Of a DNA stretch of 64,000 nt, positions 43,832-52,485 are shown piece after piece; position 1 is the first letter of the stretch, and each line of letters starts with the position of its first letter. The notes beneath the pieces were generated by a model that searched no databases, had not been told where the DNA came from, and was given only the letters and a program-made list of their open reading frames with translations. The position numbers and the translations under genes were made by a program. This stretch comes from Methanobacteriota archaeon (GTDB taxonomy: Archaea; Thermoplasmatota; Poseidoniia; Poseidoniales; Poseidoniaceae): assembly GCA_011524855.1 (NCBI GenBank), contig WTJK01000017.1, forward strand, positions 13,054 through 77,053, in the 5' to 3' direction.

Positions 43832-44656
43832 TCACTTGAGTTTCCGGCGACGATCGTTCACCCAATCCGGGTGTCCAGCAGCATGTTGGAGGGCGGTGGT
43901 CGCCTCAACAAACCCGCCCACCATACGGGTGGCTTCTTCATCGGTGGGCATGGCTTTCGCAAGGTTGCGAACAACGGTCTGGCGCCATGATTCCCGGCGT
44001 TCTTCGGGCCAGGTGAGGGCCGTTGAAAGTTGGTGGACAGCTCTGTTGAGCACTGTGCGAACCTCCGGTGAGAGGTGACGCTGGAGCGGAACAACTTCCG
44101 GCAAACCGGGTTCACCACCTTGATGGCTCAGCACACGTCGCCGGTGAAGTTCGTAAACCAAGGCCGTCACCGCATGGCTGAGGTTCGCAATGGGGTACCC
44201 CTCCCATGTGGGCAAGGTCACCAAGAAATCGCATGCATCCAAGTCGGGTGTGGAGAGGCCCTTCCCCTCTTCGCCAAACACCAAGGCGACCGTGGAGCCG
44301 GTACCTTCCAGACGATCGGCAAGTTCCCATGGCATCACGAAATGCCGGAACAGTGTTTTTTCGCCCAATTCCCGCTTTCCTGACGTGCCAACCACAACGC
44401 TGCACTCCGCCACGGCGTCTTCGAGCGTTGCGAAGGTGCGGCACTCGTCCAACAACCGCCCGGCGTGCTTTGCCCGGTTTCTTGTCTCTGTGTCGTTCGG
44501 GTCACATGTTGGGTTGACGAGGTGGAGGCGATCAAATCCATAATTCAACATGGTTCTGCAGATGGCGCCCAAGTTTCCTGGGTGACTGACACCAACCAAG
44601 ACGACAATCAGACGATAATCGCCAACTGGAAGCGGAATGTCCGATCGCTCACCCAT
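43832..44656 (-). CDS. SpoU/TrmH-family RNA 2'-O-methyltransferase.
   Basis: 'VVLVGVSHPGNLGAICRTMLNYGF' and a C-terminal SPOUT knot region. Start is trimmed to an internal ATG. Confidence 0.7.
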   Translation of the reverse strand: MGERSDIPLPVGDYRLIVVLVGVSHPGNLGAICRTMLNYGFDRLHLVNPTCDPNDTETRNRAKHAGRLLDECRTFATLEDAVAECSVVVGTSGKRELGEKTLFRHFVMPWELADRLEGTGSTVALVFGEEGKGLSTPDLDACDFLVTLPTWEGYPIANLSHAVTALVYELHRRRVLSHQGGEPGLPEVVPLQRHLSPEVRTVLNRAVHQLSTALTWPEERRESWRQTVVRNLAKAMPTDEEATRMVGGFVEATTALQHAAGHPDWVNDRRRKLK

Positions 44657-44873
44657 TCGACCGCTCTCCGTTGATGTAATCTGCAATCCACCGCGGGTCA
44701 CACACTTGGTAGATGAAGAACAAGAACCCGCCATCTTCCCTGTCGTCCATGATGATGGACCGTTTTCGAACGTTGTGTGTGTTCCGCAGGTGCATCATCA
44801 AGCCTTCGAGGATCTCGCGGTTCTCGCTGTGAACGCTGATCGGCGTCCGGTCCCATTTGACACGGACGGTCAA
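44649..44873 (-). CDS. Hypothetical small protein (74 aa) downstream of S17e.
   Basis: ORF that is co-directional and near-contiguous with the ribosomal cluster. No recognised motif. Confidence 0.3.
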   Translation of the reverse strand: MTVRVKWDRTPISVHSENREILEGLMMHLRNTHNVRKRSIIMDDREDGGFLFFIYQVCDPRWIADYINGERSNG

Positions 44874-44884
44874 GTCACCACCGT

Positions 44885-45085
44885 TCAGTCCGTGCGGCGC
44901 TGGCGGTATCGTGTCACGTACCCGGCGATCCAGTTTCGAAGTTTCTTCGATTCAACATCGGTCAGCTGGGTGACCATGTGTTTGTTGTGCTCAAAGTCGT
45001 TGGTGAATTTCTCACCGTGCTCTTCGCACAGACGGATGGCTCGGATTTTGATAAAACTCGGTCGAATGTTGCCCATGTTGCTCAC
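44885..45085 (-). CDS. rps17e: Ribosomal protein S17e.
   Basis: 'MGNIRPSFIKIRAIRL..E.GEKFTNDFEHNKHMVTQLTDVESKKLRNWIAGYVTR' matches archaeal S17e. Confidence 0.8.
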   Translation of the reverse strand: MSNMGNIRPSFIKIRAIRLCEEHGEKFTNDFEHNKHMVTQLTDVESKKLRNWIAGYVTRYRQRRTD

Positions 45086-45357
45086 TCCTTTACGAGCGTC
45101 ACTTCAACGGGAATTCCGGGCTCGTCGTGACGCGTGACAAGCAGACGGACCTTGCGAGGCGGGTTTTCAATCCCACGCTTCCAGATGTGTTCGTTGACCT
45201 CGGGGTCAATGTAGAGTTCTTCATCCTCTCGAACCTTCAGGTGCTGGATGACCTGTTCACGGATGATTTGCATGGCGCGTGGGGCGCGCTTGTAGCGGGT
45301 GATGTTCCAAGCATTGCGCAGTGGAACAATGAGTTCAGATTCGTTGGGTCGTGCCAT
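45082..45357 (-). CDS. rpl31e: Ribosomal protein L31e.
   Basis: 'ELIVPLRNAWNITRYKRAPRAMQIIREQV...IDPEVNEHIWKRGIENPPRKVRL' matches L31e. Start is trimmed to the internal ATG. Confidence 0.85.
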   Translation of the reverse strand: MARPNESELIVPLRNAWNITRYKRAPRAMQIIREQVIQHLKVREDEELYIDPEVNEHIWKRGIENPPRKVRLLVTRHDEPGIPVEVTLVKE

Positions 45358-45367
45358 GATCTTCACC

Positions 45368-45523
45368 TCAGCGCTGGAGTTTGCTGCGCCTCCATTGGTG
45401 TCGCTTGGGGTGGGACACGGTGTTTCGGTCGGTCTTGAGCATGACCCAAACAGGGACACGCCGGTTCTGTTTTCCTGCCTTCAAGAGGCGAATTTTCTTT
45501 GCTGCTGGTTTGTTTTTTGACAT
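45368..45523 (-). CDS. rpl39e: Ribosomal protein L39e.
   Basis: '[51 protein letters not shown]' is a canonical L39e of 51 aa. Confidence 0.85.
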   Translation of the reverse strand: MSKNKPAAKKIRLLKAGKQNRRVPVWVMLKTDRNTVSHPKRHQWRRSKLQR

Positions 45524-45536
45524 ATCGAGCACCTTC

Positions 45537-45917
45537 TCAGATTCTCCGGATGGACGCATTGCTGCGGCTCTTGGATTGCGATGCCAGCAAGGCCTTCAGT
45601 TGCTGGTCGGTGACGGCCGAGGGGAGTTGGCCGGCGGCATGTTGCTGTGCCAGGTGAGCTTTGACCTGGTTGGCACGGTTGGGGTCGACGAGCGCAATGC
45701 GTGCGAGCCGTGAACGTGCTTCCGGTGTCAGAACGTGGCGCATTTGGCCGTCGAGGTTGGCCTGTTGTTCGGCTTCCTGTCGAGTTTGTTCCTCGTTGGC
45801 CAGCTGCTGCATGGCTTGCTCCTGCATTTGCTGTTGAAGTTCCTGAAGACGGCGTGCGCGCAGGGCTTCAACGCTAGCATCACGAGCGTTGTCCACCATG
45901 CTGGCCACCGTGTTCAC
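45537..45917 (-). CDS. PDCD5/TFAR19-like dsDNA-binding protein (archaeal 'DNA-binding protein' conserved next to rpl39e).
   Basis: '[16 protein letters not shown]...[36 protein letters not shown]...DQQLKALL' matches the family pattern. Confidence 0.7.
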   Translation of the reverse strand: MNTVASMVDNARDASVEALRARRLQELQQQMQEQAMQQLANEEQTRQEAEQQANLDGQMRHVLTPEARSRLARIALVDPNRANQVKAHLAQQHAAGQLPSAVTDQQLKALLASQSKSRSNASIRRI

Positions 45918-45922
45918 TCCAA

Positions 45923-46414
45923 TCAGTACTTGCTCAGGCCGGGGTAGAGAGCTTCAGCCTCTTCCCGCACCGAGTGAGCAACGTTGTCGACCAACTTTTG
46001 GCCAGCGGCGGTGATGCGGCGACCGGCGTAGAGTTGAACCGGACCGTCTTCGCCTTCAACGACCTTGGTGGGGACCTTCTCCACCAAACCAGCATCCTCG
46101 AGTTGCTGGAGGGCCGTGCGGATGATGTGGCGGGATGCCACGCCGGGTGTGTTGGGCATAGCACCGTTGTCCTTCTTGCCGCCAAAGGCCTGTGCAAGAT
46201 GGGTCACGCCAATGGGTCCGCTGCGGGCGATTTTCCGGAGGATAGCACCGGTGCGTGCGTACCACCAGTCTGCTTGCACGGGGGGTCGCTCACGATCCAC
46301 GGCGGTCTTGACGTATCCCGCCCATTCGGGCATGGAGACGGCGTCTTGTTCTGCCATGGCTTTGGCGAGCGCTGGGTTAAACAGGTCAGCGGGGATGTCA
46401 AACACGGTCGTCAT
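45923..46414 (-). CDS. rps19e: Ribosomal protein S19e.
   Basis: 'MTTVFDIPADLFNPALAKAMAE...WWYARTGAILRKIA...GGKKDNGAMPNTPGVASRHIIRTALQQLE' matches S19e. The ORF-track upstream extension is not coding. Confidence 0.85.
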   Translation of the reverse strand: MTTVFDIPADLFNPALAKAMAEQDAVSMPEWAGYVKTAVDRERPPVQADWWYARTGAILRKIARSGPIGVTHLAQAFGGKKDNGAMPNTPGVASRHIIRTALQQLEDAGLVEKVPTKVVEGEDGPVQLYAGRRITAAGQKLVDNVAHSVREEAEALYPGLSKY

Positions 46415-46549
46415 AACGATACACCAAGCAACTTGCCGACCGTCCGCCCCTATATGAAAAGCACGGGTCGTCACGGCCTTCCTTGCGCAGAGGCCAGCGG
46501 TTCCCTGCGATACAAGCCTTCTTGAAACCGGCACGGTTGGTGCGTTTCG

Positions 46550-47410
46550 ATGAAGAAGGCGTTGGCACAGAATCCAAACCTTTTGCGAACCCTGATCGGG
46601 ATGTCGCTCACCCTCATTTTTCTGCTCAGCTACGCCGTCTACGGCGCCACGGTCTCGCCTTCGGTATACATGTACGAAACCGAGCCCACCATCACCGAAC
46701 ACGCAACCAGCGACGACGAAGACAGCATTGAGCGAACGTACGACGACGAAGCCAACACCACCACTTGGGCGTGGCCGGTGACCATGAACGGGAACAACCT
46801 CACGTGGGTTAACGTGACGGCGACGGACCTGTCCAGCGGTTCCGTCGTCCGCATCATCAACGTCGCAAAACTCTACAGTCACGAGTTGCTCGGCAACACC
46901 TACGACCTCGAAAACCCGCTTGAGGAGGAATTCTCATGCGCCGATTTGTGCGACCACATGGCCACGCACGTCCGAGAGCCAGACGACAACGGCGAAGTGC
47001 TGTTCCATGCGCTCACCTCAACGGACCCCGCACGACGGTCCAACGGTTCCGTGTTCGCACAAGACCTGGCAGAGGCCGAAGAAAAAGCTCGTGGACTCAT
47101 CGCGTACGAACACTTCCCGGCCTTGTTGCGTATCGAAATCGTTGAGCAAGGTAACCGGACCACCAATCCGAACATTGAGGTCGAGACCGTGAACGAGGCG
47201 TTCGCAAGTGTGGACGTGTTTTCGGTGGACACCGCCACTGAATTCCTTTGGGCTCTTGCCGCTGTTGTGGGCTGCTTTGCCATGGTGTTGGTTCCGTCCT
47301 TCACCGTTTACTTCGCTGCTCGAGCCAAGGAAAAGCGGGCCGAGGCGAAACTCGTTTCGGATGAACAATCCGTACAGGAGAGCCTCCAACCTTCAACCAC
47401 GGAGACATGA
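46550..47410 (+). CDS. Surface-anchored secreted protein (N-terminal signal/TM, C-terminal TM anchor) rich in N-glycosylation sequons.
   Basis: Signal-like 'LLRTLIGMSLTLIFLLSYAVYGA'. Sequons NTT, NLT, NVT, NRT and NGS. C-terminal TM 'LWALAAVVGCFAMVLVPSFTVYFAA' followed by a basic tail. Confidence 0.5.
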   Translation: MKKALAQNPNLLRTLIGMSLTLIFLLSYAVYGATVSPSVYMYETEPTITEHATSDDEDSIERTYDDEANTTTWAWPVTMNGNNLTWVNVTATDLSSGSVVRIINVAKLYSHELLGNTYDLENPLEEEFSCADLCDHMATHVREPDDNGEVLFHALTSTDPARRSNGSVFAQDLAEAEEKARGLIAYEHFPALLRIEIVEQGNRTTNPNIEVETVNEAFASVDVFSVDTATEFLWALAAVVGCFAMVLVPSFTVYFAARAKEKRAEAKLVSDEQSVQESLQPSTTET

Positions 47411-47448
47411 ACATCGCTCCTAAATAGATTGACGACCTTGCGTCACCC

Positions 47449-50400
47449 ATGGCTCACCGGAGATGGCCGGCCCTCGCTTTGATGGCCCTGTTGTGTTTCT
47501 CCATCCAACTCCAGCCGGTGTTGACAGCGTCGCAACCTGCGCGACATCATGCACCCTCCAACCCCACCGGCGTGGACATTGAGGTCACGGGTGTCTCGAT
47601 TGCGTACACCAACAACGCAGACGTCAATTCGTACCGTATGTTTTCCTCCAACCACCCCATCGCCGGGTTCAACCGGCCTGCGAATCTGTATGTGATCGAT
47701 GGCATGGTGGACACCGGTTCAACGTTAACCGTCACCGTGGAAAACATCGGAACGGCCAACAGCGGCGTGGTGGACGTGACCGTGACCCTTCTTCATGACG
47801 AATATGCCTTTTTTGAATTCGTCAACACCACCGTTCAGATGAACGGGCTCTCCCCTGCTGCCATTGATACGGTCGAAATCCCCATCACACCCGGCTATGC
47901 AGGGAACCATTCCATGCTCATCACGGCCACACCAACGGTGAACGACGATGACCCGAGCAACAACGTCTTCAATCGCCATTTCACCGTGGGTTACCGTTAC
48001 TACAACTGCGACACAACGGCCAATCACACGTTTGGCCCGGGTTGGTCCCTCAGCACCGACACCTCGATTTCCAAAGGGTCCAGCTGCCATGTTGGAAACG
48101 GCCAGACGGGGACCTACACGAACAACATGATGACGGCCCTGGTGACGCCGGTCATGGACATGTCGGATGCCGTGCAGTCGCCGTTACGAACAAACGGATT
48201 GTCCTTTTACTACACGGGGAGCAGCGCCGCCAACGATGTGTTGAAGATTTACGGTGCAGATACCATGGGCGCATGGGTGGAAATCGCATCACTGACGGGA
48301 ACAGTGGATCAAAATTTCTTTGACGGAGCCAACTGGCAAACGTTCAGTTTCAACAACAAAGGCGCCGCTTCCCCTTTGATTCCTATCCAAACAGCGCTGT
48401 TCCACAGCGCATCGCAATTCAAATTCGAGTTCACCTCAGACGCCAGTGGGACGGACATGGGCTTTTACATCGATGAAATCGTGATGGTGTACGACCAAAA
48501 GGTCCGCATTCATGAGTTTGATGTGAGCGCGCAAGGTGTCGGCACGACCGGCGCGTTGCCCGGTGAGTGGGGCAGCGTGACGGTCGAAATCGTCAACGAC
48601 GGCAACATCACCGAGACCTTTGTGCCCTCTGTCAGCGGCATACCGGAGGGCTGGGGTGTGTACTTTGCTCGGCCCTCTGGCACGAGTTTCAACCCTGCCT
48701 CCGGATTAACGGTGACACCCGGAACCCCCTCGGCATTCAAACTGATGCTCAATCCCGACGAGAACGCTTCAACCGGATTCCAACAGATGCAAATCGATGT
48801 TCGCTCGGTGCAATATTCGAGCGTAAACACCTCGCTTCCTGTTCAATTCCTGGTCAAGGCTGACAGGATCCCGGTGATGACAGCCCCTGTCCTCCGTCCC
48901 AGCTGTCCGCCCACACAGAGCTGTTCGTTCAGCATTGAAATCAACAACGCTGGTGAAGCGACCGACGTGTTCGACCTCTCCTTGAACACCTCAACCTTGC
49001 CATCGGATTGGTCCGTGAACCTTGACTGGATGCAACGAACATCGGTTCAAGTGCGACCGCAACAGCCCGAGCAGGTCGGTTTGGTGATGACGGTTCCTGC
49101 CAGTGCAGCACCGGACACCGTCGTTCAATTCTCAATGACCATGGCGGCTCAGAACGATTCACGCCGAACACTGACCACAGTGTTCGACGTGTCTGCAAGC
49201 ATGATCAGCAATGCAAGTCTCCTCATGACGAGCCACCAGACCACCGACACCGTGGAGGTTCTCCCCGGCGAAACAACCTTGCTGTCCTACACCGTCACCA
49301 ACCATGCCCCACGGCAGGATATTTTTGACGTGCGAATACAAGCCGAAAACCTTGGGCAGTGGACCGTCGAACAACCATCACGCCCCGCAATGGTGTTGAA
49401 CAGCGGGTCAACGTCCACTTTCAACGTCCGCATCACGGCCCCCGAGACAGCACAGGCTGGCGACCGTGGCCCCGTCATCACCCCCATCATCGAGTCGCAA
49501 CGGAGTTTCATGACCGTGGAGGGTGAGGGCTTCAGCGGTTTGCGAGCAGGGAGTGTTCACGACGTCGCCCTCGATGCCGTTGAACTCCCGCAGCGCATCC
49601 TACCGGGTGGGTCCAACCTGCTGATGTTCAACGTGAGCAATCAGGGTAACGGGCCGGCCAGCACGCATCTGGTGGCGGAAGATTTGCCCGCAGGCTGGAG
49701 TTACACCATGCTGCTCAACGACGAACCGGTGAACGGCAGCATCGACCTCTCTGCCATCTACGGCATGCAACCCTACACGGTGGTTCAGGTGCAAGTGCAT
49801 GTTCCGTCTTCCGAGGATGCAGGTGCCCGAACCACCATGCGATGGTCCTTGGATTTGGAATCCCAAACACAGGACGTTGACCTGTCAAACAACGTCATTG
49901 AATGGACGACAGTGACAGCCGCTGTGAAAATTGTTGAACTGGACGATGCGGTAGGGTCAACCCGTGCGGCGGTGGGCGGTACTGCCTTTGCAGAAGCGGT
50001 GATCAGGAACATCGGGAATGCACCTGAATCGACGTTGGCTGTCATCGCCACCGTGTCAGCATCACCACCCAACCCCGATTTGGTGGCCTTGTTCTCTGTG
50101 AACGGTGCCGACAAATCGCTGGCTGAGCAGGCGCCGATAAACGTGGCAGCAGGTGGGAACACGACCTTCCGCGTTGACCTCTTGATTCCTGAAGGGATGG
50201 AATTAAACACGCGTATTGTGGTCAGGTTTGAAGTGTTGAACGCCGTTGATGAAGAAGGGTTACCCGTCCCCATGATGGCGGAGCAACTTGTGGTTGTTGA
50301 TCAACGCCGTTCAATCTCCCTCACCGCAATGCCTGCCAACGCCGAAGCGACGACGTGGAATGGTGCGGCATTGGTGTGGGTGAACTTGACCAGCACCTCG

Positions 50401-51021
50401 ACGCAGACAGAAAACCTCACCCTCGCCGCTGTTGGCCCCAGCGCCTGGCAAATCAGTTGCCAACAGCGCATCCTCAACACCTCAGGCGAAGCCCTGGTCA
50501 TCGCACCCGGCCACCTTAACCCTCAAGCAGAACGTCGTTTGTGTGAAATCGTCAACCTGGACGCAACGTGGCAAGGGGAAGTTGCCTTTACCATCAGCGA
50601 TGACCAGCAGACGGTGATGGCTGATGCGTCGGTCGAATTGAGTTTCAGGGAACCTGAAGAATCCCAATCGTTCGCCTCGGGCGCCATGCTGGCGGGTGGA
50701 GGCGGTCTCGTCATCACCATCGCCGTTGGGCTCTTGTTCCTGCGTCGAAGAGCACCTGCAACATCGACGGTGTTGGCGAACGAACCGAAGGTTGCGCCTT
50801 CGTTAGCGTCGGCTGTTCTGGCAGGCCCCCCTGCGACTTCCGGAGGGACCGACACGATGAGCGGAGAGCCGGAGCAACACGGCCCTGAACCACGCGATGT
50901 TGAGGTGCAGAAGGCGATGAACGAGGAGGGCCCACCGCTCCCGGCCGAAGGCCTGCCCCCGGGCTGGACGATGGAGCAGTGGAGGTACTATGGCCAGCAA
51001 TACCTTGATGGGACCTTGTAA
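47449..51021 (+). CDS. Large (1190 aa) cell-surface glycoprotein (S-layer or adhesin-like) with tandem beta-rich Ig/CARDB-like domains, a C-terminal TM anchor and a cytoplasmic tail.
   Basis: Signal peptide 'ALALMALLCFSIQLQPVLTA'. More than 20 N-x-S/T sequons. Recurring 'VTV...N.G' domain periodicity. TM 'LVITIAVGLLFLRRR' near the C-terminus. Confidence 0.6.
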   Translation: MAHRRWPALALMALLCFSIQLQPVLTASQPARHHAPSNPTGVDIEVTGVSIAYTNNADVNSYRMFSSNHPIAGFNRPANLYVIDGMVDTGSTLTVTVENIGTANSGVVDVTVTLLHDEYAFFEFVNTTVQMNGLSPAAIDTVEIPITPGYAGNHSMLITATPTVNDDDPSNNVFNRHFTVGYRYYNCDTTANHTFGPGWSLSTDTSISKGSSCHVGNGQTGTYTNNMMTALVTPVMDMSDAVQSPLRTNGLSFYYTGSSAANDVLKIYGADTMGAWVEIASLTGTVDQNFFDGANWQTFSFNNKGAASPLIPIQTALFHSASQFKFEFTSDASGTDMGFYIDEIVMVYDQKVRIHEFDVSAQGVGTTGALPGEWGSVTVEIVNDGNITETFVPSVSGIPEGWGVYFARPSGTSFNPASGLTVTPGTPSAFKLMLNPDENASTGFQQMQIDVRSVQYSSVNTSLPVQFLVKADRIPVMTAPVLRPSCPPTQSCSFSIEINNAGEATDVFDLSLNTSTLPSDWSVNLDWMQRTSVQVRPQQPEQVGLVMTVPASAAPDTVVQFSMTMAAQNDSRRTLTTVFDVSASMISNASLLMTSHQTTDTVEVLPGETTLLSYTVTNHAPRQDIFDVRIQAENLGQWTVEQPSRPAMVLNSGSTSTFNVRITAPETAQAGDRGPVITPIIESQRSFMTVEGEGFSGLRAGSVHDVALDAVELPQRILPGGSNLLMFNVSNQGNGPASTHLVAEDLPAGWSYTMLLNDEPVNGSIDLSAIYGMQPYTVVQVQVHVPSSEDAGARTTMRWSLDLESQTQDVDLSNNVIEWTTVTAAVKIVELDDAVGSTRAAVGGTAFAEAVIRNIGNAPESTLAVIATVSASPPNPDLVALFSVNGADKSLAEQAPINVAAGGNTTFRVDLLIPEGMELNTRIVVRFEVLNAVDEEGLPVPMMAEQLVVVDQRRSISLTAMPANAEATTWNGAALVWVNLTSTSTQTENLTLAAVGPSAWQISCQQRILNTSGEALVIAPGHLNPQAERRLCEIVNLDATWQGEVAFTISDDQQTVMADASVELSFREPEESQSFASGAMLAGGGGLVITIAVGLLFLRRRAPATSTVLANEPKVAPSLASAVLAGPPATSGGTDTMSGEPEQHGPEPRDVEVQKAMNEEGPPLPAEGLPPGWTMEQWRYYGQQYLDGTL

Positions 51022-51027
51022 GCACCG

Positions 51028-51207
51028 ATGATTATGACCGAATACCCTGTCACGTGGTACGGTCTTTGGTTCGTCGTCTCCGCTTGCGGGGTCGCTGCGT
51101 GGTACCTTCGCCACTTCACACAACGCGTGCAGGCCCTGCGCCTCGTCGCACTCACAGGTGTGGCCAGCATGTTGACGTTGGTGTTGTGGACTTGGATGGA
51201 GTTTTGA
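51028..51207 (+). CDS. Small (59 aa) Trp-rich two-TM-helix peptide (below the ORF-track size cutoff).
   Basis: ATG 7 nt after the stop of the surface protein gene. Translation is MIMTEYPVTWYGLWFVVSACGVAAWYLRHFTQRVQALRLVALTGVASMLTLVLWTWMEF. It is in frame with, and 9 nt upstream of, the PqqD-like gene. Confidence 0.35.
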   Translation: MIMTEYPVTWYGLWFVVSACGVAAWYLRHFTQRVQALRLVALTGVASMLTLVLWTWMEF

Positions 51208-51216
51208 GGTGGTTCC

Positions 51217-51720
51217 ATGGACCTGGCCAATGCATCATCACACCCGCTGGCAGAACAATTCCCGTGCAGAACACCGGTGTGGTGGGCTCGGGTAGGTCCA
51301 GAGGAGCGCAACCCAGGCACGGTGGGCGTGAGCGGCAGGAACGTCGTCTTACGCATTGAAAAACGGTTTAATCGCCTCGAACGATGGTTGGCTCGTTGGT
51401 TTCGGGCCCCAAGGGAAGTTCGACGTCCCCTTGACCGAATGAACAGCATGGTATGGGAGTTGTGCGACGGTTCCCGCACGTTCTTGGAGGTGTGCGCGGT
51501 GCTCAACGATGTTTTTGCCGAAGAGGTCGCCCCGGTGGTTTCCCGGACGGCCATGGCACTGGCTCAACTTCAGCGCAACAACCTGCTGTTGATGCTGGAT
51601 GAACCGCTGAACGGTCGGTGGTGCATTGGTCCCGGCTTGACGCCTGATCACCAATCGCTTGACCCTCGAACCGACCTTGAGGGGTACGACGTCACTCGCC
51701 TTCCCGATGAAGCGGCGTGA
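51217..51720 (+). CDS. PqqD-family (RiPP recognition element-like) peptide-chaperone domain protein.
   Basis: 'RMNSMVWELCDGSRTFLEVCAVLNDVFAEEVAPVVSRTAMALAQLQRNNLLLM' matches the PqqD pattern (LN..a..iW.L.DG.rTv.Ei...L...y..........v..fl..L...gLl). Confidence 0.55.
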   Translation: MDLANASSHPLAEQFPCRTPVWWARVGPEERNPGTVGVSGRNVVLRIEKRFNRLERWLARWFRAPREVRRPLDRMNSMVWELCDGSRTFLEVCAVLNDVFAEEVAPVVSRTAMALAQLQRNNLLLMLDEPLNGRWCIGPGLTPDHQSLDPRTDLEGYDVTRLPDEAA

Positions 51721-51726
51721 CGGATG

Positions 51727-52485
51727 TCAGTTTGAGGATGGTTCTTCTGGCTCCCACACCAAACGCAACCCGAGTCCATCACTTCGCTTCTCGGGGGGGG
51801 CCGAGGACCGTGCAGTGCTACGAGTGGCATCGCTTTCCGTGAACCACGCCCCGCCGCGAATGACCCTTCGGTGCCCATCCAAGGCGATGAATGCTTCTTG
51901 CTTCCTTGGTTCATCGTAACGTTGTGTGTAGTGGTCTTCGCACCACTCGTAAATCAAGCCGTTCATATCATGGAGACCCCAGGGGTTGGATGACTTGGAG
52001 CCCACCTCTCTGGTGGTCCCCCCGGAGTTGCCGGCGTGCCAGCCGTTGTCATCGAGATCCCTGTCGCGATCACCGAACCACCAGCGCGATTCGGTGCCCG
52101 CCTTCGCGGCGTATTCCCATTCGGCCTCGCTGGGAAGGCGCCATCGTCCAATGAATCCCAACCTGACAACCTCCAAGTCACGTTCATTCAGGCGCTGCAG
52201 GAAGTGATTCACCTCGTCGAGAGTCATCGATTCCACCGGACGGAGGCCTGCACTCCAACCCTCTTGGAATTTCGAGGGATTGGACCCCATCACGTCAAAC
52301 CATTGAGCTTGTGTCACCGGACGCTCGCCCATAAAAAACGGGCGCTCGATCTCAACATCGTGGGCGGGTTGCTCGTTCCGCGCACCGTCTCCGCGCGTGT
52401 CACCCATCGTGAACCGACCGGGTTCGATCAACCGGTACGTGCCGCCCCAGTGGTCGGAAAAAACAGGCTGGTCCATGGCGATCAC
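51727..52485 (-). CDS. FGE-sulfatase (SUMF1/EgtB/PvdO-like) domain protein.
   Basis: 'RLPSEAEWEYAA', 'NPWGLHDMNGLIYEWC', 'RVIRGGAW' and 'GLGLRLV' are FGE-domain hallmarks. Confidence 0.7.
   Translation of the reverse strand: MIAMDQPVFSDHWGGTYRLIEPGRFTMGDTRGDGARNEQPAHDVEIERPFFMGERPVTQAQWFDVMGSNPSKFQEGWSAGLRPVESMTLDEVNHFLQRLNERDLEVVRLGFIGRWRLPSEAEWEYAAKAGTESRWWFGDRDRDLDDNGWHAGNSGGTTREVGSKSSNPWGLHDMNGLIYEWCEDHYTQRYDEPRKQEAFIALDGHRRVIRGGAWFTESDATRSTARSSAPPEKRSDGLGLRLVWEPEEPSSN

Noticed and set aside
51054-51359. A 101-aa Arg-rich ORF overlapping the small TM peptide and the PqqD-like gene.
   Set aside because: Its poly-Arg/Gly composition and its overlap with two better-supported frames indicate a spurious high-GC ORF.
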